NCBI GenBank assembly: GCA_016928775.1 | Contig: JAFGKD010000078.1 | Location: 45,396-109,395, forward strand | Length of the DNA stretch: 64,000 nt | From: Candidatus Zhuqueibacterota bacterium | Lineage (GTDB): Bacteria > Zhuqueibacterota > Zhuqueibacteria > Residuimicrobiales > Krinioviventaceae | Reading direction: 5' to 3' | Part shown: positions 53,212-62,762 of the stretch, piece after piece | How the letters are laid out: the number at the start of each line of letters is the position of its first letter | Numbering within the stretch: position 1 is the stretch's first letter | Translations under genes and position numbers: made by a program | The notes under the pieces: generated by a model | Told to the model about the DNA's origin: nothing | The model's input: only the letters and a program-made list of their open reading frames with translations | Database searches by the model: none

Positions 53212-54531
53212 TCACTGCGCCGACGACTGAATGGATTTGAACCATTCAGGAGGTGTGATGTCGTGCGTCTTGTAAAATTTTTCCAGCCGCTTAAAGTTTT
53301 TCCCGCCTTTGACCAATCCCAAAAATCTCAATGCATTGCCGCCGAGAAAATTATCGACCTCCTGCTCATCAAAGTTATTTTCAAACGACAAGACATCCTC
53401 ATAACACTGCTTAAAGCTGGTGAATAACGGCACGCGTTTGAGAACATGCCAGTCCGTGCCAAACATCAACCTCTCTTTCACGACCGGAAATTCATAACAC
53501 ATCAATTTGTAATCATTTTTAAATCTTTGCACATATTTCTTGACCATCACCCGGTGACATGCAACGTCGGCGAAAAGATTCGGATAATCATTGAGCATCT
53601 GACATATTTTTTTCGTCCAGGTTATTTCACCATCATAGCCCTCTTCGGCGTACAAACCAAAATGCGCCAAATTGAGCTGCAGGTTTTTGTATTTTTCCTG
53701 ATCTAACACCTCTCGCCAAAACTCGGCCTGGCCAAAATCGAAACTGGCATCATGGTAGGATTCGATGCCGTACATGCAGCAGTGCGCGGTAATCGGTACT
53801 TCATTTTCGACGCAATAGTCGTAAAGCTCGGCTAATACTTGATCATACTCTTCTCCTGAAAACAGGTATTTTTTATCATGCATGGGAATTTTCTGCCGCT
53901 TGGCCTCGACTGTAGCATTGTTGAATGGTCTGTACCCCAAAGAATTGTAAAGTTTAACACCGATAAAACCTTTATTCTCTATTGCATCTCGAAGCAAATT
54001 TAACGAACCAAATCGTTCAAGGTGGCCGTCGGGATTGCACAGCTTTTTTCGGAATGCCAGTTCGCGCGCCGGATCAAAAGGAACAAAGGGATGGATTTTT
54101 CCAGCATACGGTACAACAATGTTCTCATATATAAAATTGATTTGATCTTTTATCAATGTGTCAGGGGTATTGACAAACCAGTACTCATAATCAATCATGA
54201 GAGGGACGATGAGGTCAATATCGTCGTTTTGAAATGTCTCAACCATCTCACAGGTTATGGCTTCAACGTCTTTGGCGAGCGCCTCTCCCCACTCGACATA
54301 GGGTTTTCCCATGCACAAGCCAACCAATCCCATGACAATTTTGTAGATGAGCCTGAAGAGCACGCTGTCACTTTTTTCTTTTTTTCTGATACAACTGGCA
54401 ACTGCCGGAATAAAAAGTGGAGCGAGCCATTTTTGCAATTTTTCTTCGTACTTGCGCGATAGCAGATAACCTTTCAAGGGAATATCTTTGGCGCAAAAGA
54501 TATGAGCATGTATATCAATATAGGGTTTCAT
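53212..54531 (-). CDS. Amidohydrolase family 2 protein
   Basis: IDIHAH, PFVPFDP, FIGVKLY, PITAH, NLAHFG, FGTDW, FLGGNA.RFL. Confidence 0.85.
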   Translation of the reverse strand: MKPYIDIHAHIFCAKDIPLKGYLLSRKYEEKLQKWLAPLFIPAVASCIRKKEKSDSVLFRLIYKIVMGLVGLCMGKPYVEWGEALAKDVEAITCEMVETFQNDDIDLIVPLMIDYEYWFVNTPDTLIKDQINFIYENIVVPYAGKIHPFVPFDPARELAFRKKLCNPDGHLERFGSLNLLRDAIENKGFIGVKLYNSLGYRPFNNATVEAKRQKIPMHDKKYLFSGEEYDQVLAELYDYCVENEVPITAHCCMYGIESYHDASFDFGQAEFWREVLDQEKYKNLQLNLAHFGLYAEEGYDGEITWTKKICQMLNDYPNLFADVACHRVMVKKYVQRFKNDYKLMCYEFPVVKERLMFGTDWHVLKRVPLFTSFKQCYEDVLSFENNFDEQEVDNFLGGNALRFLGLVKGGKNFKRLEKFYKTHDITPPEWFKSIQSSAQ

Positions 54532-54689
54532 ACGATCCTCCCGTTATTGAAAGCCCTGTAATCGTTTGGAGATAATTTGGACAGTTTATCCAAGCTGATC
54601 AAACAGCTTTTTTATAAGAAAGCATACCCGGGATGCTGATGTTATTAATATACATTCAAAGACGACGTTTGTCAATAGGCTATTTATGC

Positions 54690-54805
54690 TAAAAAATCTG
54701 CACTTTTTTTTAGCAAAGTTTATAAGCCACGGATATTCTTGGCTAAAAACTTTACTAAAAAAACACGATGTTGCAGATGTGTATTACGGATGAAACACAG
54801 ATGAT
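54690..54805. repeat. Composite dispersed element: inverted M2-M1 junction with a second M2 nested in the M1 arm
   Basis: TCTGCACTTTTTTTTAGCAAAGTTTATAAGCCACGGAT-[ATTCTTGGCTAAAAACTTTACTAAAAAAACACGATGTTGCAGATGTGTATTA]-CGGATGAAACACAGAT. Confidence 0.85.
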
Positions 54806-54830
54806 TTTACAGGAATTTCATCTCGACATA

Positions 54831-54889
54831 AAAACGCCCTGTTGAGCGAGGTGGTTTTAGCAGAAACCTGATGCCTGTCAACAGGGCGT
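54831..54889 (-). terminator. Long-stem terminator-like hairpin after the TonB receptor operon
   Basis: ACGCCCTGTTGA...TCAACAGGGCGT 12-bp arms, followed by a T-run on the minus strand. Confidence 0.6.
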
Positions 54890-54955
54890 AGCGGACGTGT
54901 AACCGATGAGGGGAAAAAGAGCTTGCGGATGGTCAGGCCGCAAACCCTGGGAGAC

Positions 54956-57895
54956 TTATTTGATCAACATCATTTTCTGTGTTTGCACAGTATTGCCGGC
55001 TTGCATTCGCGCAAAATATAGTCCGGAGGGCAGATTTGCCGCATTCCAGTTCACTTCATAAGCCCCACTTTGCATCGAACCATTGACGAGCACAGCAACC
55101 TGTTGCCCAAGTTGGTTATAGACCGTCAGCTTTACTGTGCCAGCTTGTGCGACATCGAAGCGAATGGTTGTCGTTGGATTAAACGGATTTGGATAATTGC
55201 TGTGCAGGGCAAAGCTCTGCGGCATTGTGTTGAGCGAACGAGATTTAATACTCGTGGTGATCGGCGCCAGGTTACTCCATGCCGGGCTGCCCGGTTTCGG
55301 GCGCGGGTCGAGACCATTATTTTGCATCCGACTGATGCCGTTAAACATTGGATCTGCGACTGAGTTGCCATTTTGGGCGTCAGCCAGGTAGGCGGCGGAC
55401 CAAGCTTCCTGTCCGATGACACTCCAGTCATCACCGGCTGCCAAATCGTACCAGATATTGCTGATCAAATGCAGGCTGCCATTTTCAAGGCGATCGCGCG
55501 AATCCGGCGTCAATTTATCTTCCACGGTGACGCCAGCGCCCGGATAATCAGCGAATATAGAGTTGATATAACCACCGCCCCAGTTTTCGCGCAAGCGCAG
55601 CACGCGACTGCCGGCGGAACCTGTTTTGCCAGCGCCAAGGTAGGTCGCGTTATAGGTGAGCGCGTAGGTTTCCGGCTGTGTTGCGACAAAATCCGCCGGT
55701 GCACCATCATGCTCGCCGCAGTGGTCACCGGTAGAGTCGGCTAAAATAGCGAACAGGAACTGCATTTTGTTGCGCAAGCCTTCGTCGATGTCAAATGCAT
55801 CGTCTTTGCAGAACCCGGCGATCAGGTGATCACAATTGACAGCACCGCCGAACCACTCGAAACCATCGTCCTTGTTGCTCCACACTTCCACATAAGAAAT
55901 CGTTGTACCGGCGCCAACACCGCCCATGGTCAATCCATTGATTTCATTGCCTTCACCGATTTCCGTGCCACCATGTCGGATCGAGGCATATTTGAGATAA
56001 CCTGAACAATCCCAATCATTAGTGCCACCATACATGCCGCGCGGTTCAGTTGTCGGGATTCCTTCGATATTGGTCTCGCCGGCGGGCTGATTGATGCGGG
56101 CTTTACCAAGCATAATCACGCCACCCCACAGGCCGACTTCGTTGGCAGACGGAACAGTTGGATTGTTGATGTCATCGGATTCTGCGGTAAAAATAATCGG
56201 ATTCATGCCGGTACCTTCGGCGAAGATTTTACCGCCACGAGCCACAATGAGCGCACTGGCATTTTCACCCTGACCTGATTTACCCTTGATGATCGTGCCA
56301 GCTTCTATGTTGAGTGTGGCACCGTCATCAACAAAAACGCGACCATCGAGCAGGTAGGTTTTGTCGGCTGTCCAGTAGACATTCGCGTTAGCCGGAATGG
56401 TCGCATCTGTGACCGTCACGACTTCCGTGCCAGGCGCGGTCGGCATGGTCATAAAGCCATATTGATAGAGTGCAGACCAATCCGCAGCCCAGTTGGTGGA
56501 ACCAAAAGCGCCTTTATAATTCACTTGAACAAAAAAATCATCATGGGGATAGGTCGCCAGGCCTTTGTAGGCAGGTCCATCGGCTTTGGGACGAGGATCA
56601 AGACCGTTATTCTGGGCACGGCTGATGCCGTTCAACATGGGATCTTCGACCGTATTGCCATTGGCCGGATCAGCCAAATAAGCGGCGGTCCACGCCTCTT
56701 CGCCAATCACATTGATGTCAGTACTGGCGAGGTTGAACCAGATGTTATTTTGCAGCAACAGCTCGCCATTTTCCAGACGGTCACGTGAATCCGGTTCCAG
56801 CTTGTCTTCTATGGTTACGCCATTGCCCGGGAAATCACCAAAGATACAGTTTTTGTATTCGCAGCCAAAATTTTCGCGCAGTCGAAGAACACGCTGGCCC
56901 GCAGAACCATTTTGTCCGGCACCAAGATAGGTCGCATTATAAATGATCGGATAAGATTTAGGCTCTTGCGCCACAAAATCCGCTGGCGCGCCGTCATGCT
57001 CGCCAAGATGGTCGCCGGTGGAATCAGCCTGGATCGCAAAGATAAACTGCAATTTGCCGCGGTATCCTTCGTCAAAGTCGATGGCGTCATCTTTGCAGAA
57101 ACCGGCAATCAGGTGATCACAATTGACCGTACCACCAAACCATTCAAAACCGTCGTCTTTGTTGCTCCACACTTCCACATGCGAAATAACGGTGCCGCGA
57201 CCAACACCACCCATGGTCAAACCATTAATTTCATTACCTTCGCCAATTTCCGTACCACCATGACGGATGGAGACATATCTCAGAACACCGGAGCAATCAT
57301 CATCATCCTGGCCGCCGTACATGCCGCGCGGTTCCGTCGTCGGGATACCCTCGATATTGGTTTCGCCGGCGGGTTGGTTAATACGGGCTTTGCCGAGTAT
57401 AATCACACCACCCCACAGACCGACCTCATTCGCTGCCGGTACAGTTGGATTATTGATGTCATCGGATTCTGCGGTAAAAATGATCGGTTTACTCGGCGTA
57501 CCTTCGGCATAAATTTTCCCGCCGCGCGCCACGATGAGTGCGCTGGCATTCTCGCCCTGACCAGGCTTGCCTTTGATAACCGTACCGGCTTCAATGTTGA
57601 GTACCGCACCATTATCAACAAAAACACGACCATCAAGCAAATAGGTTTTGTCGGCTGTCCAGTACACCATGGCGCCAGGCTGAATGCTGGCATCAGTGAC
57701 AGTCACAACCTCGGTGCCCGGCTCTGTCTGCATGGCCATAAAACCGTAATGCGACAACGCTGACCAATCCGCAGCCCAGTTCGACATGCCAAATGCACCT
57801 TTGTAGTTGACCTGTGTCAAACTATTTTGTGCCGAAACGCTTGAGACAATAGCCAAGAGCGATAAAACGAGTCCAAGTCGTAAAAAGCCTTTCAT
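54956..57895 (-). CDS. Secreted protein with two tandem 429-aa beta-helix-like domains and a C-terminal sorting domain
   Basis: Signal peptide; duplicated WTADKTYLLDGRVFV, WGGVI.LGKA, EINGLTMGGVG, DDGFEWFGG (repeat offset 1287 bp); tail NYPNPFNP. Confidence 0.88.
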   Translation of the reverse strand: MKGFLRLGLVLSLLAIVSSVSAQNSLTQVNYKGAFGMSNWAADWSALSHYGFMAMQTEPGTEVVTVTDASIQPGAMVYWTADKTYLLDGRVFVDNGAVLNIEAGTVIKGKPGQGENASALIVARGGKIYAEGTPSKPIIFTAESDDINNPTVPAANEVGLWGGVIILGKARINQPAGETNIEGIPTTEPRGMYGGQDDDDCSGVLRYVSIRHGGTEIGEGNEINGLTMGGVGRGTVISHVEVWSNKDDGFEWFGGTVNCDHLIAGFCKDDAIDFDEGYRGKLQFIFAIQADSTGDHLGEHDGAPADFVAQEPKSYPIIYNATYLGAGQNGSAGQRVLRLRENFGCEYKNCIFGDFPGNGVTIEDKLEPDSRDRLENGELLLQNNIWFNLASTDINVIGEEAWTAAYLADPANGNTVEDPMLNGISRAQNNGLDPRPKADGPAYKGLATYPHDDFFVQVNYKGAFGSTNWAADWSALYQYGFMTMPTAPGTEVVTVTDATIPANANVYWTADKTYLLDGRVFVDDGATLNIEAGTIIKGKSGQGENASALIVARGGKIFAEGTGMNPIIFTAESDDINNPTVPSANEVGLWGGVIMLGKARINQPAGETNIEGIPTTEPRGMYGGTNDWDCSGYLKYASIRHGGTEIGEGNEINGLTMGGVGAGTTISYVEVWSNKDDGFEWFGGAVNCDHLIAGFCKDDAFDIDEGLRNKMQFLFAILADSTGDHCGEHDGAPADFVATQPETYALTYNATYLGAGKTGSAGSRVLRLRENWGGGYINSIFADYPGAGVTVEDKLTPDSRDRLENGSLHLISNIWYDLAAGDDWSVIGQEAWSAAYLADAQNGNSVADPMFNGISRMQNNGLDPRPKPGSPAWSNLAPITTSIKSRSLNTMPQSFALHSNYPNPFNPTTTIRFDVAQAGTVKLTVYNQLGQQVAVLVNGSMQSGAYEVNWNAANLPSGLYFARMQAGNTVQTQKMMLIK

Positions 57896-58012
57896 GGATT
57901 TCTCCTTTTTTTGTTAATTTATATTAATGAATTGTGGTTGCTCTTTTCATATCTCGATTTACGCTCCGGCACCCATAAACGAATGGAGTCGAATATGTGC
58001 TCCAAACAGCCA

Positions 58013-60925
58013 TCATAAAGAATAGTCCAATCCGATTGAATAGGTGGTGCCTTCGGTAAATCGTGTAAAGATATATTCCGTGCCGTGAAAAACTTGCGTC
58101 TTTTTATGCTGCGTATTCAAGAGATTATTGCCGGCGAACTTTAGCATAAGGTGACTGCCGAGTTTATAATTGATCGATGCATTGAGTGTGTGCGCCGGCT
58201 GTTCATACACAAAAGGTTCGCCTGTCTTATTCCACTCTGACAAACGTTCACCAAAAACATTATAATAGATGTGCGCAGACAAGCCGCTGTCAAAGTTATC
58301 GTAGCTCATATTCAAATTGAGAAGAAATGGTGATTGCCCTTCCAGTGGGCGCGTGCCCTTCATTTCCGGATTGTTCGTGCGCATCAGCTCGAGCTGCTCT
58401 GCCGAAATATCAATCCGGGATTGAACGAAGGAAAAGTTGCCGCCAAATGAAAAATTGCTCAGCACGCTGCTGATGACATCGAGCTTTTTCCGCAACTCCA
58501 GCTCAAAGCCGTAGGCGGTGGCTCTATCAACATTTTCCCAGGTAATTTCGCGGTTGGATGCAGTAATGATAAAAGCGCGCTCGATTGGATTTTGAAAGCT
58601 TTTGTAGAAAAAGCTGACACCATAAATTTCACCGGGGCGCGAGAACCACTCCCAGCGCAGATCATAGTTATCAATCAATGTGCGTTTCAGCAAGGGGTTG
58701 CCGATATGGGTGAATCCGGCGCTGAAATCGTACGACGCATACGGCGCCAGTTCGCGGAAATTTGGGCGAGCCAAAGTTCGCGTCATTGTAGCCCGAACAT
58801 TCATGTCGGGTGTTATACCGTAGATAAAATTGATCGACGGCAACCAGTCTTTTGTATCAATGACACCATCGGCTTTGGTGGTGTCCAGACTGACCATGTT
58901 GATGTTTGTCGTCTCGTAGCGGGCGCCGCCGATGAAACGTAACTTATTCGACAGCGGCAGCTCAAACATGGCATAATACGCCAGGATGTTCTGGTCTGCT
59001 GCATAGTCATTCACCCCCACATCGGCGGGTGACAGGGTGAGTTTGAGTTTATAGCCATAATAGGTGACGCCATTGATCGTCTGCGATGTCATGTCATAGC
59101 CAATATTCTCATGCGCAAAGAATTGTTCCGGCTCGCCTTTATACGATTTGGTGCCCGAGCCTTCATTGTAGACAAACCGGTTTTCGACAAAGTCACGTTC
59201 CTTAATGCTGTATAATCCGCCAAACTTAAAATTGGCCGGCTTGCCAGACCATTGACGGAACGGCAGGGTGAAATGAATCGTCGCTTCATCTTTTGTTTCA
59301 TCGAGGGTACGGTAATAGCGCGTGGGCGCCTGATTCGAAAACGTGCCGTGTCGCCTGATTTGGCCACTATCGACGATCGCATAACGACTAAAGTAGCGTT
59401 GATCCGGCTCGTCCTGGCGTGTATCGGACGTGCTGGCGTTCCATTCCATTTTGAGACCAGCAAGACCGACAAAATGATGATCACCGCTCAATTGAAAAGA
59501 TGATAATCGCCGCTCAGAGTAGCCCAGGTTGCTGGCGATAAACAGATCATCTTCAGCATCAAGCTTGTCATAGTCGTACTGTCCCTGCAGATTTCGAGCA
59601 GTGCTGACGCCGTTTGTATTGTAAAGATAGTTCACACTGACAATATTAAACGGACTGATTTTGTAAGATGATTTGACGAGTCCACCCCACAACACATCGT
59701 GTGTAGACCTCACATCGTCCAAGCGAAAGATGGGTGTGAGCTCGGTTGCCTCCGAGCTGCCTAATCGCCAGGCATTATAGATACCATCATCGTAGGATTT
59801 GTAGCTGTTGCTATAAGTCAAGCTGGCTAAATAACCAAGCGGCCGGTTGAGAAAATCAATTTCATTGCCGATGGAAAAAGAGTAGCTTTGGTTCAGCGAC
59901 GGCGTCATCGGCGAGGGCGCCATAAGTGGATTAAAGGCTTGCGAATAGGTCTGCATATCATCCAGGGATTGCGTTTGCTCCGGATTAAAAGAAGAGGGGG
60001 GAGTTGGATAATAGCCGGCGCTTAGACCCTGATCAACCAGGCCAGGGATACTGCGCGTTCCATCATCATAACCAAGCCAGTCCGTTGAGCTGCCGGCATA
60101 GCCAATGGGGCCATTGCTGTTAAAAGTTGCCTGCGTATTATAACCTCCGGAGGCCGAGAATTTGAGGTTAAGGTCTTCCGGGAAATCTTTGGTTTTGATA
60201 TCAACCGTACCGCCGGAAAAATCGCCGGGCCTGTCCGGGGTGAAGCTTTTTACGGTCACGATATTATCGATGAGATTGGATGGTATGATATCAACCGACC
60301 CGGCACGTCGGTAAGGATCGGCGCTCGGGATTTCCGCGCCATTCAGTTGTGTGCTGGTGTAACGGTCGCCAAGGCCGCGAATATAAACGTATTTCCCGTC
60401 CACCACCGAGGCTCCGGTCACGCCTTTCATCGCCTCGGCTGCGTCTCCGGCGCCCGCCTGCGAGATGGCTTCGGCGCTGATCGCATCGCTGACCGCCGCT
60501 GCTTTTTGTCGATCTTTGAGCAAGGCGGCTTCTGTATTCTTGACCGCTTTGGCAGTGACAACGACCTCCTCGCCTTCAAGCACTTGCATGGTCATTGTAA
60601 AGTCCACTGTTTCCACTTGCTCGGCTTTGATCTGCACACCCTCTATGCGCATGCGCGTATAGCCGATGAATGTCGCCACAACCGTATATTGACCGACCGG
60701 TATTTTTTCAATGCGATACTCTCCATTCAAATCTGTTGCCGCACCCATTTTGGTGTTCTCGAGCACAATGTTGACACCCGGCATTCCTTCGCCATAGTCG
60801 GCATCCACAACTTTGCCGATGAGTTTTCCATGTGACTGCGCTGAGAGTCCACTGAGGAGCCCGAAGGATAACAGAAGGGAGAAAAACAGAAAAATGTGCA
60901 CTTTAACTTTTTGTTCAAAAAACAT
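58013..60925 (-). CDS. TonB-dependent receptor
   Basis: Carboxypeptidase-regulatory-like N-domain, EVVVTA, YVYIRGLGDRY, KSFTPD.PGDF.GG, ARPNFRELAP, GNP.L, NLLN, terminal YSL. Confidence 0.95.
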   Translation of the reverse strand: MFFEQKVKVHIFLFFSLLLSFGLLSGLSAQSHGKLIGKVVDADYGEGMPGVNIVLENTKMGAATDLNGEYRIEKIPVGQYTVVATFIGYTRMRIEGVQIKAEQVETVDFTMTMQVLEGEEVVVTAKAVKNTEAALLKDRQKAAAVSDAISAEAISQAGAGDAAEAMKGVTGASVVDGKYVYIRGLGDRYTSTQLNGAEIPSADPYRRAGSVDIIPSNLIDNIVTVKSFTPDRPGDFSGGTVDIKTKDFPEDLNLKFSASGGYNTQATFNSNGPIGYAGSSTDWLGYDDGTRSIPGLVDQGLSAGYYPTPPSSFNPEQTQSLDDMQTYSQAFNPLMAPSPMTPSLNQSYSFSIGNEIDFLNRPLGYLASLTYSNSYKSYDDGIYNAWRLGSSEATELTPIFRLDDVRSTHDVLWGGLVKSSYKISPFNIVSVNYLYNTNGVSTARNLQGQYDYDKLDAEDDLFIASNLGYSERRLSSFQLSGDHHFVGLAGLKMEWNASTSDTRQDEPDQRYFSRYAIVDSGQIRRHGTFSNQAPTRYYRTLDETKDEATIHFTLPFRQWSGKPANFKFGGLYSIKERDFVENRFVYNEGSGTKSYKGEPEQFFAHENIGYDMTSQTINGVTYYGYKLKLTLSPADVGVNDYAADQNILAYYAMFELPLSNKLRFIGGARYETTNINMVSLDTTKADGVIDTKDWLPSINFIYGITPDMNVRATMTRTLARPNFRELAPYASYDFSAGFTHIGNPLLKRTLIDNYDLRWEWFSRPGEIYGVSFFYKSFQNPIERAFIITASNREITWENVDRATAYGFELELRKKLDVISSVLSNFSFGGNFSFVQSRIDISAEQLELMRTNNPEMKGTRPLEGQSPFLLNLNMSYDNFDSGLSAHIYYNVFGERLSEWNKTGEPFVYEQPAHTLNASINYKLGSHLMLKFAGNNLLNTQHKKTQVFHGTEYIFTRFTEGTTYSIGLDYSL

Positions 60926-60976
60926 GGTCCACCTCTTGCTTTTTTTATGAATCAGGTTTCTGCTAAAATTGACTCA

Positions 60977-61032
60977 CAAAAGTAAAGATTGCACATTAGT
61001 CATAAATTACATTAATATTAATTTTGAGTTAA
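60977..61032 (-). promoter_or_regulatory. Candidate Pho-box array and promoter of the TonB receptor
   Basis: Minus-strand TTAAC/TTAAT/GTAAT/CTAAT at 61032, 61021, 61010 and 60999 (exact 11-bp period), followed by TACTTTTG. Confidence 0.55.
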
Positions 61033-61290
61033 GCCATCGCCAGAAAACATCCATATCATATGAGTAATTCATATGCTGTATTCGTTTTTAGCGAGAAATC
61101 AATGCAAATCTTTGCGGCTCTGCACCTTGTGAGTACAAAAAATCACGCAAACGAGGCATAATTTAAAGTGAAATGATTGTTTTGATTAACATAGTATCCC
61201 TGAGCACTTTAGACTGAGGTTTTACGCCCGAACGAATTTGTCAGTCTCTTTTTATAAATTTTGAACTTTTTTTCTCGGAACGATCGTCAT

Positions 61291-62256
61291 ATGGTAAAAA
61301 ACAGTGATCATAATGCCCGACTTGTGAAATACTCTTCCAGGCTGAGGATTCACTTAAAGGCTAACGATCCGATCAGCGATTCCATGCAAGCTATATTATT
61401 GGCATTATTTGATTCAATTCAAAAGAATAGAGATGGAATTATTCAAGACATAGACACGGAATTTTTGCACGACTTTCGTGTGGCGATTCGGCGAACCCGA
61501 ACAGCCCTCAGCCGGATCAAAGGAGTGCTCCCTCCAGCGATAGCACAACAATTCCGGAGCGAATTTAAAACGCTGCAAAAGAGGACAAACACATTGCGCG
61601 ACCTGGATGTTTATGTGGCAAATCGTACGACCTATGAACAATTATTACCGCCAGATTTGCGCCCGGGTCTGGCTCCTTTTTTTCGCGAGCTTGAGAAAAT
61701 ACGGCAACAGGAACACGAAAACGTGCGCCGCTATGTGCAGAGTGAAAGCTATGCGAACCTAATAGCTCGCTGGCAAAACATTATCCAGGCGGACGGGCAA
61801 CGGTGGAGTGGCATTTATGAAACAAAACGTCTGACAAAGAGTGTTGCAGAGCAAATAATTCGAAAAAGACTTGCTAAAATCCTTAAACATGGCGGGCGAA
61901 TAACCGACGACTCACCCATTGAAAAAATTCACGCTCTCCGTATCTGCTGCAAAAATCTGCGATATCTCCTTGAATTCTTTCGTTCACTCCATCCCGCTAC
62001 CATGAAAAATTTTATTTCACAACTCAAAACCTTTCAGGATCACCTGGGGCGGATAAATGATCTTTATATACAACAGCACTATATCATAAATTTTCTCAAC
62101 GAAACCGCTGATAAAATAGTGGATTATCAAATGACGGCTGCGCTTGGTGGGCTCATTGCGATCCTTGACCAGGAGTATCATCAAGCACGTCGCCAATTCC
62201 GCAGACAATTTGAGACCTTTGCACAAGAAAGTCCATCTCGTTATCTGCAAAAATGA
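61291..62256 (+). CDS. CHAD-domain (polyphosphate-binding) protein
   Basis: EFLHDFRVAIRRTR, RDLDV, IHALRI..K.LRY..EFF, FQDHLG..ND. Confidence 0.9.
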   Translation: MVKNSDHNARLVKYSSRLRIHLKANDPISDSMQAILLALFDSIQKNRDGIIQDIDTEFLHDFRVAIRRTRTALSRIKGVLPPAIAQQFRSEFKTLQKRTNTLRDLDVYVANRTTYEQLLPPDLRPGLAPFFRELEKIRQQEHENVRRYVQSESYANLIARWQNIIQADGQRWSGIYETKRLTKSVAEQIIRKRLAKILKHGGRITDDSPIEKIHALRICCKNLRYLLEFFRSLHPATMKNFISQLKTFQDHLGRINDLYIQQHYIINFLNETADKIVDYQMTAALGGLIAILDQEYHQARRQFRRQFETFAQESPSRYLQK

Positions 62257-62308
62257 CGTCGTGCGCACATACACCAGTCATGAGTGCCAAAAAGGTCATT
62301 GATAGAAC

Positions 62309-62655
62309 TTGACGCGGCTAAGGACCGCAACCAAAATGGTCCGCAGTTACACGGATGACACGGATTACTTGGCGCAGCCTTGTCGTAAAGTATTTGTATC
62401 AAAATCTTGCTAAAAAAACACGGTGTTGTAGATTTGTAGTACGGATCAAACACAGATCATATCATTCATTTCAAGTCTTTTTAGCCTCCAGTCCAAAAAC
62501 TTCCTCGAAGCAAAGCCGAAAAATCCGTGTTCATCCGTGTGCATCCGTGGCTTCACATTTGGCTGCGGCCAAAAGCCGCGCCAAGTACATTCTTGGCTAA
62601 AAACTTTGCTAAAAAACACTATTCATATCCGTTTTTATCCGTTCAATCAGTGTTC
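62309..62655. repeat. Cluster of nested dispersed elements (M3, M2, inverted M1, M3, truncated M2)
   Basis: The reverse complement of 62441-62587 aligns with 40549-40693. M2 copies lie at 62391-62441 and 62589-62620; M3 hairpins at 62309-62335 and 62559-62585. Confidence 0.9.
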
Positions 62656-62762
62656 TATTAAAAAAATTGAATTTTGCAAAATCCCCTTGTTCGATAAAAG
62701 AATTTTTTCTATTATTGACCTCCCAAAGCTTACGTATCTTAACCAGAAATGAAAGGCCTGCC

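Noticed and set aside
62309-62655. CRISPR array or integron attC cassette interpretation of the repeats
   Set aside because: There are no regularly spaced identical repeats with unique spacers, no cas or intI gene and no consistent GTTRRRY ends. The flanking genes are ordinary chromosomal genes.
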